DNA of 64,000 bases from the human T2T-CHM13v2.0 reference genome, Homo sapiens. The DNA is taken from NCBI RefSeq assembly GCF_009914755.1, contig NC_060931.1, one strand, 5' to 3'. The notes beneath the pieces are model-generated. The model saw only the letters and a list, made by a program, of their open reading frames with translations, did not search any database and was not told the origin of the DNA. Of the stretch, positions 29,613-47,934 are shown piece by piece. Each line of letters starts with the position of its first letter. Position 1 is the stretch's first letter. The position numbers and the translations under genes are program-made.

Positions 29613-30210
29613 CCAGCTAATTGATGTTTATCATTTAAAGTGCCAAAGTGGACTAGAATGAGTTGGTAAAAGCATTTTTTGTTTCTTAGCCAAGTACAAA
29701 AATAATACAGAACACATTTTAATTCTACCTAGGGACTTACAGTCATTATTTGTAAACATCAGTCCTGGTAGTCTGCATTTAATGATGTCCTGGACAGATC
29801 TGTGTTGCTGAGGATGCTGCAGACTGGTGCTCTATTAAAATAGCCTTCTTTTAGTCTACTGTTTACAGTTTTGTGGGATTTTTTTTTTTTCTGTTTCATT
29901 TCTTGCCTTTAGTGACCACTTGTTTTTGGTTGTCAGTGCACTGCCTCTGGCTGGTATCTGTCCTGCAGTCTCCCTGCCCTGTATAATTTACCATGTGCCT
30001 GTTGTGGAATGGGAAGCCAGTTAAGTAAACTCATAGTTTTGGATGTAAAGTACAGGCAAGCAGTCCCTGAGTGGGGGTGCCAGATAGTCCTTTAAGTAAG
30101 TATATAGGAACGCTAGTGCACGCACCGTTTGTCTATTTAGGATCCTCTTTCACTCAGTATCTGGGAGATTGGGTGGATGAGGTGACCAGAAAAAAATGGT
30201 GTTGGGTTAA

Positions 30211-30534
<324 letters not shown>

Positions 30535-30544
30535 TGAAGTAGCA

Positions 30545-30925
30545 TGCAAACCCTCTATTACAGTGACTTCACACACAAAAGATGGATTTCTTGGTCATCC
30601 TATATGTCCAGTGGGAGTTGGTGTGTATGTTTTGGAGAAAGGAGTATCTATTTGCTCCATGTTGTCCTCACTCAGGAACACGGCCTCTAATCTGGAACCT
30701 CACTAGTTGCAATGATAGCGAAAGATAGAAATGGAGAATGATACTCAGCTCTTACATCCTCTGCTCCTAACTTACACACAGCGGGTCTTGTTCACATTTC
30801 ATTGGCCAAAATAAGTCACATGGCCACACCTAACTCCAAGTGGGTGGGAATGTACAACCCTACCAATTGCCCAGAAGGAGGAAAGCTGGCAGTAATGGTG
30901 AGCAGCACTAATATGTACCGTAGCC
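30545..30925 (-). mobile_element. Old MLT1 (J/K/L-like) LTR fragment
   Basis: CATTGGCCAAAATAAGTCACATGGCCACACCTAACTCCAAG motif; boundaries approximate. Confidence 0.65.
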
Positions 30926-33457
30926 ACACACCCAGGAGGCAGAGAAACCAGAATCTGACAAGGATTATCATGAATCATTAGGTGAAACCCTAATTTCCTC
31001 ATTTATGAGATTTAGAACACTATCGTTTATACCTTGAGCTGTAAGTGATAGTTATTAATCTGCCATCCCTCCTGATTTAACTATGTCTAAACCTTATAGC
31101 TAATCAGGCATGTTGCTGTACTTCTTCAGCTGGTGGTCAATGTAATCCTTTTCTCTAGGACATTACTAAGCATGTTCTTGAGGGTGCCTGTACTGTGCTC
31201 AAAACAGTTTGGGGGAAAGATGCTTTGCAGCGTAATAGGTTTATTTACTGCAGGATTGATTTAATATGCCAAGGTGCACTTTCAGCCTCCTAGAGGGGAT
31301 GCAGTGCAGCATTTCAAAACCACTTAAATACAAAAGGCCTCTTGGAGAAGCATTGAGGAAGACCTTCTCTATAGTACAGAGTTTGAGGAATTCTGGAGGG
31401 GGGAAATGACAAAATTCTGATTCTCAAATAAATTCTTTTAAATAAACAAATTCACTAAAAGGAAAGTCATGTGAGACAAAGTGTTTTTCTCAAGCAATTA
31501 TCTGGAACAGGGACTTCACTTGGAGTTCTCATTTTAGCTCCCGTTTCTCCGTTTTCATGTAGGTAAAATGGGTCTCAAAACTTCAGGAATGATATTTTTT
31601 TTTTTAAAAAGAGTATGTAAAGCTGAAGGTTTTGCAATGTAGTATTTCTTTACTTTTTAGACTCAATTCATGTTGTTCCTTGTTATCTCCTCTTGCAAGC
31701 AGCACAGAGATGCAAATTCTTTGATCAATTCTTTATTTCGGGAGAATAATGTCATTTACCAATATTTGAATAGCATTTGAGCTGCTATGAAGTAAATATT
31801 TCACAAATGAAATTGACATATGGATTACAGAGAAACTAGGAGTTGGCCCCTGATTTTGTGATCCCTGGTGCACTCTAATTTCTACAACATAACACTTGAT
31901 TCAAGGAAGCAGAGAAGGTCAAATATAAAACAACCAATAATAAAGCTAGTTGGCAGATAGAATGGAAAATTATATCTCATTCAAAGTCGATACAAATGTT
32001 TAAACTTGGGACATGAGAATCAATTAGTCCATTGTTCAATCTACCCAAAGGCAAAAATAAAAGAAAACACTTATCCAATGCTTCAGACTATTGTGTTCTC
32101 TGAATTGACTTAACCAATTAAATTGGTAGGTTTTGTCTTAGTCTAAATTTAAAAACCTGCTTTGGATGGATGTAAAGCAATCATAAAAGTTGAATTATCA
32201 TTCAATTGTACCCTCTGATCGCAAAAGAGATTCAGTTTCAACTACAGCTTAATTTAGGGGGGAAATGTAATCAGAATTATTCTGAAACATCCAGAACCCC
32301 ACAGTTCCTATAGGTCTTGGAAAAATATCACAGTCCTCTGTGAGAAATCTGTCACTTTTTTTGGAGTAGAAGGATGATTAGTCAATACTACTTCTTGTAG
32401 GTAAAAGAAAAAGGTAGGCACTGGCTCATGAGAGTCAGGGACGTTGCTGTGATGATGCAAACACAACAAAAGACAGCATCCTTGCCCACTTATGTGGTCC
32501 TTGACCTTCGCTGAGTTATGCAACCCCACATGCTATCACTGTGATTAAGAGGAGGCTGGGTAATAAAAACAAAATATTCCATTTTTGTTACAATGATTTT
32601 ATTATCTTGAGATACCAAAAATATTTTCCACTTTTTTTTTTTTTCAAACTGGCAATATGTTCTCACTTTAGCCCTTGCTGCATTAGGTCTCTTCCACATG
32701 CTAATTAAGTCAATACTGTACTTGCATATGGCCCAAATGATAGAGGCCAGATCATCCAGAAAGACTTAACAGGTTGATGAGCTGGTTTGTTTTGAAGGGC
32801 AAATAGGTTTTTACATTAATGACTATCTTCTCTGGAAAGACTGAGGAGAATATATCCCCTTCCTAAGTCTTGCTCGTTTATAATCATTATTTTAACAACT
32901 GATACTTACATGGCATCGTGTCTTCACAATTTTGCTTTAGTGCTCATGACAGATGTGAAAAATACATGAGACATGAAAATACTGGCCATTTACTATGTGC
33001 CTGGCATGGCTCTAGCACTGTGTAGCTCTTAGTTATTTTATTCTGAGCTCAAACATCCAGTGAATGGTTGACCTGGAATTTGGATCCAGGACTTCTGACT
33101 CTATATGCCATGATCTTTCCACACTATCAGGTGACAGTATGGATAGGGATGATGTAAGTGATCGTAGGAATACACATCACATAGAGTTATGGAGGAATAT
33201 TCAGGTAGCCTCATGTTGATAGCACTGGATTCACTGCTTAATATATGTTAGTACACAGATTCACCGATGCCTACCGTTTTTAATACCTAACACATAAAAA
33301 CTATAGGCATATATGAATCTAAATAGTTATGCGTATTCAACTAAATACAAAAGCTGTTCACTTTCCCCATAACACAGCAAAATCTCATTACGTAGGGAAA
33401 TCATCTCCATAATAGTAATGGCATATACTGAGAAAAACTTGAGTTTCAAGAGCCTAA

Positions 33458-34237
<780 letters not shown>

Positions 34238-35727
34238 TAATCCCTCAGCATTACTTCTTAGTGTTCTGAGTCAGTTTAGTGATTTAAAGTCATTCTAGTT
34301 GCTTTTGTTGGAAATAAGCTAGTAGGAAACCAGCCTCTGCTTGCTCCAGTATCTTTCCTTTCTTCTTGCTCGCAGTTGAATCCGTGGGTCATTTCTGACT
34401 TTGCTTTGGCTCAATTGTTTTATGTACCTGTATGTATGCTTTTTATCTATTCTCTAACTTTTCATGTTTTATCTTCTTCGAGGATCAGTTCAACTACTTC
34501 CCACTCAGTGAAACTTGCCTTAACCACTTCTCCTCTGTGTTCTCATTGCTTTAGCAGCGTGAGCTCGTTATGTTAGAGATTGAGTGTGTGTCAATGCTGT
34601 CTCCCCAAAAAGACTCTCAGCTCCTTTAGGGCCGGGGGTGTGTGTGGGAAATGTTTCCCCCACAATGCCTAACACAGGGCCTCAGACAAAGCTGTAGGGA
34701 CTTGGGTATGGTTTTGATTTTAGGATGTTAGTGTGATTTTTATTTGTTTGCTTTGGGATGTATTGATTTTCACATAGCTTGACCTTCATTTCACACATGT
34801 TCTTTGCTCCTCCATCCCCACCTTCATTCATTTACACTAGTTTTTATCTTCACTTAAGTGACATTCTCACTTGTACTTCTCAGAGTTGGGTTTTTTTTTC
34901 TTTTCAAAAAATACGTATACATGTCCACTCATCAGTCTATTCATAATGGCAGCTAGGATTGGGAGTTAACTTGTTGTTAACTGTGTTATTTAGTATAATT
35001 ACAGATAAGTAATTACAAAGGAAGAACAAGGCTTTTCTCTCCTTTCATCTAAATTATCTAAAAGTAGGGCAGGATATTTACATGCAAATTCCAAAGTGGG
35101 CTTACTTCTCCGTTGAGCCCTCTATGTGGCAGGCACAGAAATGGTAACAGAATCTGCCTTGAAAAGGGAACTACAGAGAAGTGGCAGGGATGGGCACTGA
35201 AACCATAAGATGGTAGGCACAGAGCCAGCCCTACAGATACACTTTACATCACTATACAGACATATTTTCGGGTATTCCAGGAGCAAGTAAAGGCATTCTT
35301 AGCCAGCCTGGGGCCGAGAGGATAAAGAAATTCATAGAAAGTAGGCTTAACCATAATTTCAAAAGAATAGGATTGAGCCAGGTGAATATGCCTATTGGCA
35401 TAGCTGCATCCCACAAAGATATAAAAATTACTTTAAAATATGTAGATGTTAAGGTTCCTAATATCTATGTATATGTATATATGGTTGTGTACATATATGC
35501 CTTGTATAAAAATTAAAGAACCTTAAAATGTTAAACTGAATTTAAGTAGTAGCATTAAAATGAATAATAATAATAAAAGGAAGAAAAAAGCATACCTTTG
35601 GTCAAATGCCCTGATTTGAGGATAAACTGAGAAGGCGCTAAAAAAAGGATTTTTAAAAAACTTAATCTTGCAAAGATTATTTAATTACCAAGCCAATAGT
35701 TAAATTACTATAAAGAATGTCAAGCCT

Positions 35728-36026
<299 letters not shown>

Positions 36027-38129
36027 GAATGTTAAATCAATCTGCTATTAGCTAGGATCCGAACAAAAAGTTTCACCAAACTCCAACCCATTGTCAAGCC
36101 TCGTCAGACTCTATTGTCCCTGAAGGTTCTTCTGCTTCAAACTAGACTGATTTAGAGAAAAATAAAGTTCCTAGTAAGCCATCGAAATGTCAGAGTATAG
36201 GGATAGACAAACATCAAATTTATCAAATTTGATAAATTTTATATAACTAAATAAGAAAAGAATGTTAGTCCTTGATTGGTATACTTTCAAGAATTTTTAA
36301 ATTACAATTATTCAAGAAAATACTACCTATTAGTATGTATTTGGGGAGAGAGTAGAAACACACTCAGACACCAAAATAAAGCAAACAAAATCACATGTTT
36401 CTTCGGCACATAGTAGGTACTTAGCAAATATTTGTTAATTGAGTGAACATCCAAAGAATTTGACAATATTAATTTAATCTAAGGATGACTTTCACAGAAA
36501 AACAGAACACTCTGTCAAACTTCATAGTCGTCTTTGTTTATGGTGTTATTATGTTCTAGGATTTGTGTGTGTGAGAGACTGTATGTGTATGTAAGGCAGA
36601 GATAGTCCTAAAATAATAAAAAAGAAACACACTACTCGAATTTCATTTTAATAAAAAGTGCATATAAAATATTACATTCTCACTGGGGAAAAAATATTTG
36701 TTTCACTCAATACCAGTGGATGAGTAAATGAAGCTTGGGTAGATTGCATCTTAAACAGAAGCCAATGCCAGATTTAATATTTATTTTTCAATGTCAAATT
36801 TTAAAATCCAATTATAAGAAATGAAAAATATGTGTGAAATTGGCAGATTTTCATGGCATTTAAAACAAGAGCCAATGTACTTAAATATCTAGTTATCAGA
36901 ATTTCAAGTATGATTGGCCAAATTTTGCCTCCAGATCAACCAATGATGCTTTCCCTAAAGTCGTACTAAAAGCTGCATTTGGCAATGTTTGTCTCACTTC
37001 TCAAAAGTATAATTTCAACAAAATTGTGCATAGATTTTTTAATGGAAAAATCAACATATTTTTGCTTAATTTTACTCAGTAAAATTGAGTCAGCCCCTCT
37101 CTTTTTAAATTCCCAAATACATTAAGTGAATTTGATACTTGTAAAATTTGTGCAATTGTAAACTCAAGGTAGGATGCTTCTTCATATCCATAATAAATGA
37201 TTTTTAGCTTTCCCTCCTGTTTGCATATAAGCATCATATTCTCTAGAAGTCACATGTGAGAACATTAACCATATTATTAAACAACCCCAGTCAACATCTT
37301 GATTAGGTGGGGGAATGTTTCAAAAGCTGTAACTATTTGTTTATTTTATTTTTTATTAATTAGTAAGTGTGGCTCAGGTGGAATAGCCCAGGAATACACC
37401 TGGCTTTCATTTTAAATTAATGGGGCTTTTCCTTTTTTTTCAAAAGACAAACATGTGCTTCACATTGCCCTAAGTGGATTTTTCTCCATGATAATGGTCA
37501 TAGCAAAAACTTTTTATTACACTTGAAAATGCATGTGATGTGCACTGACTTCAGTTACCAACACCAGTGAAAATAATGCTAAGAAGTATGTCTAATAGAT
37601 TACAAGTGTAAAGTAACTGATTTGAAAAAAAAAGATGTGAAGGATTAAAAAGAGAAATTAAATATTTCTTCTTGTTATGGTTGAGCTATATTCTCATGGT
37701 CCCTAGTCTATTCCTGGGTTAGAGGTCATTTTTGGCCATGTGTACCACAATGTTTAAAATGTTTATGTCCTTTGATTCAGCTTTCTGTACTCAAATATCA
37801 ATTCCAAATAAGTAATATGACATGTAGAACAGATTTATGAACAAGAATATTCACCTCAGCATTATTTCTAATTGCAAAATTTAGAAAACATTCCAACAGT
37901 GGGAGAATTGTTAAGTAAACTAATGTACTTCCTGAGAACAGCCTACTGTCCTGTCATTAAAGATGATGTTTTCAAAGAAATCTTATTATGTGGAATAAAA
38001 ATTCCACCTTCAAATTTTTGAGAGAAAAAATTTGACTATGTGACAATATCCAGAAAAAATGTATATAAAAGAAAACTTGCAAAGAAATACTCCAAAATGT
38101 TTTTGGAGTAACAGTAACTGTTTTCTTAT

Positions 38130-38262
38130 CTTCTTTTTATTTGTAGAGATGGGGTCTCACTATGTTGCCCAGGCTGATTTTAACCACCTGGCTTCAAGTG
38201 ATCCTCCCACCTTTGCCTCCCAAAGTGTTGAGATTATAGGCATGAGTTATCAAGCCCAACCC
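38130..38262 (-). mobile_element. FLAM / AluJ left monomer
   Basis: GTAGAGATGGGGTCTCACTATGTTGCCCAGGCTG. Confidence 0.85.
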
Positions 38263-38844
38263 TGTTTTTTTACCTTCTTCTTCTATGTATCAGTTTCTAT
38301 AATTAGCTGTGTTGCTATTTTAGAAGTAATATGCATTATTTTGTTTAATGATAACTTTATTTTCATCAATACAGAAGTATTTATTAATTTCTTTAAAAAT
38401 TTCAAAAATAAATTTTGTTCTAGCAATTTGGAAACTAAAATTTTGAAAAATGTCTAAGCACTATATAGCAATTAAATTTTCTGAATTACTCTCCATAAAT
38501 TTATCAAGCCTTAATTAACTTTCTCCAAATATACTTAAAGTTCTTTGGAAGCAAAAAAAAATCTAGAATAGAAATATTATTATGTAAATTTCTTTCAAAT
38601 GCACATCTTCCAGAAGAAGCACTGATCCTCCCATCCAGTTGTGATCTTCCCCTTTCCTCAACTTCTTTAATTCTTTGAATCTTCATCATCCCCGGTACCT
38701 CCTCCCAGCAGATTGCAAGTTATTTGAGTTCAGGAACTCATGTTTATCCCTCTTATCAGTTGCCAGTCTTATTATATGTTGATTAAAATAAGTGAATTTA
38801 TTTGACAAAATTTCTAATGACATTGATGCATTTTGATATCTTAG

Positions 38845-38902
38845 GTCCAAAGCTTTGAAGAAGAGACTGGTAATCCTCTTGACATGACTTCAGGAACTGT
38901 AG
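38845..38902 (+). CDS. ITPRID1: ITPRID1 coding exon 8 (VQSFEEETGNPLDMTSGTV; 58 nt)
   Basis: TTTTGATATCTTAG acceptor, G|GTAAGA donor, phase 0 to 1; cumulative CDS 1228 nt. Confidence 0.9.
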
Positions 38903-38945
38903 GTAAGAATTCATCAAGGTGTGTGATCTCATCAATGGTCTTTCA

Positions 38946-39415
<470 letters not shown>

Positions 39416-40574
39416 TCAATATTCCTGGGGCTAATGGTGTGTGTGGCTTGTCTGACACTAACTATATGATCTGACTACCATAGTGGAATGAATTTCATGG
39501 GACTGAGCCTGACTGTGGGGAGGGGGTACTTTTTCACTCCTTCTACCAACTGCTTCATAGTGCACATGCTGTTTTCATTTAACTGGGTCTCAGTTTTTCC
39601 ATCTGAAATGAAGAAATAAGTGCAGATAATTTTAAGTTCTCTGCTAGCCCTTGCATTCTAAATTTTGTGTAATCTTAATGTTAAACTCTCAGTGGACAGA
39701 GGTTCCCTAGATGTAGCTTTGCAAGTCTTCTCTCAGAATGATGCTTTATCATCCTAAATAACAGAGAAGGAAACACTTCTCTATTCCTGGTTTTCATTCC
39801 CCCATTCAGTTGTCACTGTGATTCAGCATTTCCATGGTCTTATAAGGGAGTTAGAAGTAGGCAGAACTAGCCCAGCAAAATACAGCAGATGAAGCTCATG
39901 CATTTCCTGAAAGAAAATATGCAAATTTTTAATTTAATTTAGTGCTGTGTCAAACACATCTTTTTCATTACAAAGTGTATGTATGGGCCTCATTTTGCTA
40001 AATGCTGTTTAGAAATTATGCATTAGTAATTATAGGGTCCTGCTGATTACATAAATTCTTATCCTGCTCTTCGAAGTAATTACCACATAACCTGCATTGA
40101 GGCTTATAAGACAAAAATAAGCATCTGTTTCCCATCTAATTGAATGCTTTTCAATGAAGCTGGAGGTCCCCTTGCCAATAGGAATTGCCTTCCTTGACAT
40201 TCTATTAAGAGGTCAATTAATACCATGTAAGTCGCCCCAATCATTCCAAAAAATTATTTGGGAAGTTAGACAAAAATTACTAATCTACATTTCATCTCGA
40301 ATTGAGAGAGCAAAGTAAGGTAGGTGAAGGAGAGCCTAATGGATAAAATCTGACTTATGGTACAGCAAATGTGATTTTGTTACTTTCAAAAATAGTGTTG
40401 TTAACTGAAACAAACACAAGACTGAGAATAAATATGTAAAACTAGTTCAATTAATGGGAAAAGGAAATTTTCATATGTATATGATAACTGTGTGTGTAAT
40501 CACTTTGAGATATGTATACATGCATTTTTTTCTCAAAGTACAAAACAATTACTTCATTTTAAAGATGAAAGCAC

Positions 40575-40935
40575 ATGGACTATTTTGACCAAAATATTAT
40601 AGCAGCAGTGATGTTGTGCTAGTTTCAGTGCCACTCACTCAGCTGCTTCCTGACTCTTGAGATATTTCCTCTTGGAACATTCCCTCTGGGAACCCAGCCC
40701 CTATGTTGTGCAAAGCCCAAGTGACATGAGGATGCCACATGTGGACTTTCTGGTGGACAGTGCTGCATGAGCTCCAGGTGAATAAGCCATCTTTGATGTC
40801 TGGCCCAAACGTTCAGATGACTCTAGCCCAGGTGCCATCTGATGCAACTACATGAGAGAATCCAAGAGAAACCACACCGAGCTGGCCAGCCCACAGAGTC
40901 AGGAGGTAGTAAATTGTTGTTTTAAACACATAAAT
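40575..40935 (+). mobile_element. MLT1 (F/G/H-like) LTR fragment
   Basis: GGAACCCAGCCCCTATGTTGTG..TTCAGATGACTCTAGCCC..AAATTGTTGTTTTAA. Confidence 0.7.
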
Positions 40936-41767
40936 GGAGGTATACGATGAACTCTTCAAATACCTTTAAAATTCGTTAAAAACCAGTAGTAAGACTGTAT
41001 TGCCTCTGCTCATGGGCAATACTCTGCATACTAGCAGAAAAATTATGTTTAAGCATTTCCTAATTGAATTTGAACAAATTGACTTCATATAGAAAATTGG
41101 GACCCAAGGCCACAAATATACTATCCTCCCTGAGCCCCCCAAAAGTAAAATGCCACTTAAATGGCAAGGGAATATAAGGAAAAAAAGGAAATATATAATA
41201 GTGCTATTTAAAAGGAAGAAGAGGAGGAGAAGTCTATCATTCATATTCTCTAAGACTAGGACTTTGTGTGGGATACATTGTGGGCGAAGTTGCAGACAAT
41301 TCTAGGTAAAGGCCCATCTAGGGGTTAAAAAGATGAGTCTACTGCAGAACTATACTAACATGATAAGGTAAAAATTTCCAAGAGAATCTCACTTAGCTAT
41401 CAACTTGGACAAGATATGCCTTCCCTATCACCTTATAAAATCATCAAACCAAGCAAAATTGTAAGATTTAGCAGTTCAAAAATCAGAAGTTATTCAGAAT
41501 AAATGTCCACTAAAAAAGAATGATTACAAAGAAGCATGACAAATCTTTTTTTTTTATTATTATTATACTTTTAAGTTTTAGGGTACATGTGCACATTGTG
41601 CAGGTTAGTTACATATGTATACATGTGCCATGCTGGTGCGCTGCACCCACTAACTCGTCATCTAGCATTAGGTATATCTCCCGATGCTATCCCTCCCCCC
41701 TCCCCCCATCCCACAACAGTCCCCAGAGTGTGATATTCCCCTTCCTGTGTTCATGTGATCTCATTGT

Positions 41768-43686
<1,919 letters not shown>

Positions 43687-43849
43687 GACAAATCTTTAGG
43701 AATTAATATTCTCAGTGAGTTGTATGAGGACATGGCGTCTATGTAAGAGAACCATCTCCAATGAGTAGATTCCTTCCAGATAAAATACACAATGCTTGAT
43801 TCTGTTTCTGATGCTAAGTAACTCCTAATGAGCCAACCCTCCCACAGAG

Positions 43850-44339
43850 AATAATCATAAACTCTGGACAAAATATTTTTAAAACTCCTACATAAAGGTA
43901 CTGAAGAGTGACCAAAAGTGAACAAAGAGTGGAGGGAGTTTCAACACATAGAAGGAAGGAATGGCACTGGGTGAGTGTCCTGTTTTTTAAAAGCTTTTTA
44001 TTTTGAGGGTTGGCTCCAGTTGACACCATCCTAAAACTCTAACAGAAAGTAGCAGTCTTGGCCAGGTGCAGTGGCTCATGCCTGTAATCCCAACACTTTG
44101 GGAGGCTGAGGTGAGTGGGTCACTTGAGGTCAGGATTTTGATACCAGCCTGGCCAATACGGTGAAACTCTGTCTCTACTAAAAATACAAAAATTAGCTGG
44201 GCATGGTGGTGGGTGCCTGTAATTCCAGCTACTCAGGAGGCTGAGGCAGGAGAATTGATTGAACCTGGGAGACAGAGGTTGTGGTGAGCCTGGATTGTGT
44301 CAACTGCACTCCAGCCTGGGCAACAGAGTGATACTCTGT

Positions 44340-44371
<32 letters not shown>

Positions 44372-45750
44372 GAAGTCTTATGAGTTAAAAAAAATCAGAA
44401 TATAAAATTTGAGGAAATGATAATAGCTGAAAAGAGAAGGAGGAAAATCACAGAAAGGAGAGAACCAAGGAGGAAAATCTCCAAATTCTAGGAATTAAAT
44501 CTGTTCAAATCTCTAACTAACTGTTGAACCAAACACACATGGAAAGGACTTAAAGAATCTGTTAAGACTAAAATAAGTGAACTGAGATTTTCATTTGGGG
44601 TTTGATTCCAGCCAAGTTCCCTGCCTCCTTAAACAATATACCATTCACAATATTCAGGAACAATAAAAATATACTAGACACATGAAGAAATAAGAAAATA
44701 TAACTCATATTCAAGAAAAATGGCAATTAATGAAGACAAACCATGAGAAAACCCAGATGTTCTAATCAGCAGATAGGGAGATTATTATAATTATGCTGAA
44801 GGATGTAGAGGAAAATATGCTCACAATGAATGAAAAGATAGAAAATCTAAAAAAAAGAATTATAATAAATAATAAAATGGAAATTCTGTAAATAAAAACT
44901 ATAATTCCTGAAATTCAATATTCATTTAACATTACATCAGAAACAATGAAAGAAAGACTTGGTGGATTTTAATATATCTATAGACGTTATCCAACAATCG
45001 GAAGATCAGGAAAAAGATTTGAAAATTATAGAAAATACTTATCTGAGTTTCAGAAGCCTGTGAGGCAGTATCAAAGGTCAAATATATATGTAGTTGCAGT
45101 CTGAGAGGGAAAGGACAGAGAAAACTGTGCGAGAAAAAAATATTTGGAGAAATAATGGTGGGAAATCTTCTAATTTTGCTCAAAGATTTACATTTACAGA
45201 TTCAAGAAGCCAGCAAACTCTAAGTGGGATAATTACAAAGAAATTACAAAGAAAACCACCTAAATAATACCAGGATCAAACTGATAGAAATCAAAGATAA
45301 AAGAAAATATTTAAAGCAGGCACACAAAAATGACATATTGAATACAGGGGAATAAAGATTTGAATGACAGAAGACTTCTCATTAAAAACAACAGAGACGA
45401 GAAGACAGTAACTATGAGCCAGAAATATACATGCAGCAAAAATATCCTTCAAAAATAAAGATAAAATTTCAGACAAACAAAAATAACTCATCACCAGCAC
45501 CCATGTACTGTAAACATTGCTAAAGGAAGTTCTTTAGACCAAAGATGGGCAGGGTATTGTGGTGTTGTATACCATATGTTGATGTTATACTTGACAATTT
45601 ATAGCATACAGGGTGGGGGAGTTGGTAAATGAACAAAGATACCTACAAGATTTCTACATTTTACATGAAGTGGTACAATATAACTTTAAGTAGACTGAAA
45701 AAATAAGGATGTAAAGCAGACAAAAAATGAGAGGTATAGCAAAATGCTAA
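43850..45750 (+). mobile_element. Old L1M 5'/ORF1-region remnant, interrupted by an Alu
   Basis: A-rich degenerate ORF1-like text (e.g. TTACAGATTCAAGAAGC, GACTTCTCATTAAAAACAACAGAG, AAAATATCCTTCAAAAAT); boundaries approximate. Confidence 0.7.
44060..44368 (+). mobile_element. AluS full length with long A tail
   Basis: Dimer; TSD AAA(G/T)TAG(C/A)AGTCTT. Confidence 0.97.
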
Positions 45751-45799
45751 CAAAAATTTATATACATATATATGTGTGTATATATATACACACATATAT

Positions 45800-45966
45800 A
45801 GTTTGTTTTTTGAGGTGGGGATCTCACTCTGTAGCCCAGGTTGAAGTGCAGTGGTGCAATCCTAAATCACTGCAACCTTGAACTCCTAGTGTCAAGAGAT
45901 CCTCCTGCCTCTGCCTACCAAGTATCTGGGATCACAGGCACATGCCACCATGCCCAGCTACATTTT
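45800..45966 (-). mobile_element. AluJ right monomer / FRAM, preceded by (TA)/(CA) low complexity
   Basis: TCTCACTCTGTAGCCCAGG..GATCCTCCTGCCTC..CCATGCCCAGCTA. Confidence 0.85.
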
Positions 45967-46499
45967 TAAAATTAAAATATAATTCTTAAAATTCAATAGA
46001 ATTAGTAAGAGACAGACTGGTACATGCATAAAAATGACTGAAAACTAGGAGATGTGTGAGAAATTACTTAAGAACTAAGTGGGAAAAGAAAAAGAAATGA
46101 ATATAATAAACAAAATGTCAAGGAAGACGGATCCAAGAAATACTACATAGATGTAAGAGGTGGTTGCAGTTGGACTCTTAATGTCTTAAGTTTTGTCTGG
46201 GGTTCTAAAAAAGATATATATCTGATACAAAGTCAATATGTGGCAAGCATATATATGCAGTTTTCTAAGGAATTTGTAGGAACCAGTTCCACAACATTGA
46301 ACCTTTCAGCCATCATGAATATAAAGAGCGGACAAGTTGCAGAGAGAAGAAAAAAAATGGATGAAGAGATTTCATTGGAGAACACTGTTTCCCTGCTGGG
46401 TATCCCCATTCCTTCTTGGGAGGAAGATTGAGGACACTAAATTTCACTCCTAAGCAGTAAGAAGCCTGCAAGGAGATCACTCACAGAGTAGTGTCATTA

Positions 46500-46745
46500 T
46501 ATTTAACAAATACAGACACACTGTGACAGGTACTGTTCTAAGTGTTTCACATGCTTTACTTCATTTAATCCTTAAAATAAACCTTTAAGGTAGGCACTAT
46601 TACTATTTCTGTGTATTAGATGAAGAAACAAGCATGGAGAGGTTAAATAAGTTGCCTCAGTTTCTCATACAGTTCAAAGTGGTGCCAGGTTTCAAATTCA
46701 GCCTGTCTAGCTCCAGAGTGTACACTCTTGAATGCTGTGCTATGC
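46500..46745 (-). mobile_element. MIR SINE
   Basis: TCATTTAATCCTT..AGATGAAGAAAC..GAGAGGTTAAATAAGTTGCC. Confidence 0.85.
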
Positions 46746-47934
46746 ATCTGGAAAAGGAGTCCCTTGCATCTGGGAGATGCATGGCTCATGCATGAGAACA
46801 TCAACACTGACTGTGGAATGGGCTGTGCCTCCAGGTCAAGAACTCTAGTGAGCAAGACAGGAGTTGACCCCAGTATTTCATCAATTATAAGATGAATGAT
46901 TTTTCCCAATTTGTCATCCTTGCAATCAAGATACATGTTATAATTGATGACAGGTCTTAGTTTAATTGGTAGAGAGTTTTTTCTTATTATAAAATAATGA
47001 GAGTCTTAAACCTGATGGTATCTAATATTTGATGACAGTGGACATATGGAAAAGGTAATGCCATCTGATGAAACTACTGGCCCGGCTGTGAGACACACAT
47101 ATGCAGCCATAACAACGTAAACACTCCTGATTGGCTTTCTGCTTTGAGAATCAACAATGAGACAAATAGGGAGACAATTCTGGTCACATAGCAAATTAGA
47201 AATATTAGCAAACCGAGTATTTTGAAGATAAAAATGTAGCTGTTGAGAAGTGGTTGATGGGAAGTGTGAAGAAAAACTGGTGAAAAGTGTAGGGACTTTC
47301 TTCCAAAGAGAAAAATAGATGGCATGCTCAAACTGGGTAACCAGGAGTGGTGTTCTTGAAAGTATGAGCAAGTTTTAGTAAAACCAACAATGAATGGTGC
47401 CAAATCCTAGGCTTGGAAACATCAGGGTGACATTGCCACTCTTAGGATCCCATATGGAAAGGGTTAAAAGCAGTTGTCTTTGGGGAATTTTCTTTCCATG
47501 ACACAGTATTTTGCCACTATTTGATTTTTTAATGTATATATTATACTTTGATTTAATAAATAAATAACTGTTGTAACAAAAATGGTAGTTACTAAATTCA
47601 GGCACCTCAGTGGAATGAAAACACCTAAATATGACAATAAAATGTATAAAGTAGAAGGATATGGTGGGATGAGATTTAACTCACACATTTCTGGACCAAA
47701 AAAATTCAGATAACTTACAAAGAGAAAAAAATTTCAAATATCTCATTAGCAACATAAAATGGCAGATGGGAATAAATACACATATAATTTAGAAGGGTAA
47801 GAAAATGTGAACCAACAATTTTATACCCAGCCCTACTCTTTTTATGCGTAAGGGCAGTATAATGTCACTCTCAAAGATAACAGGACTCCCCAGGTATATC
47901 ATCCACTACCTTTCCAGGACAATGTCCTCAAGTA

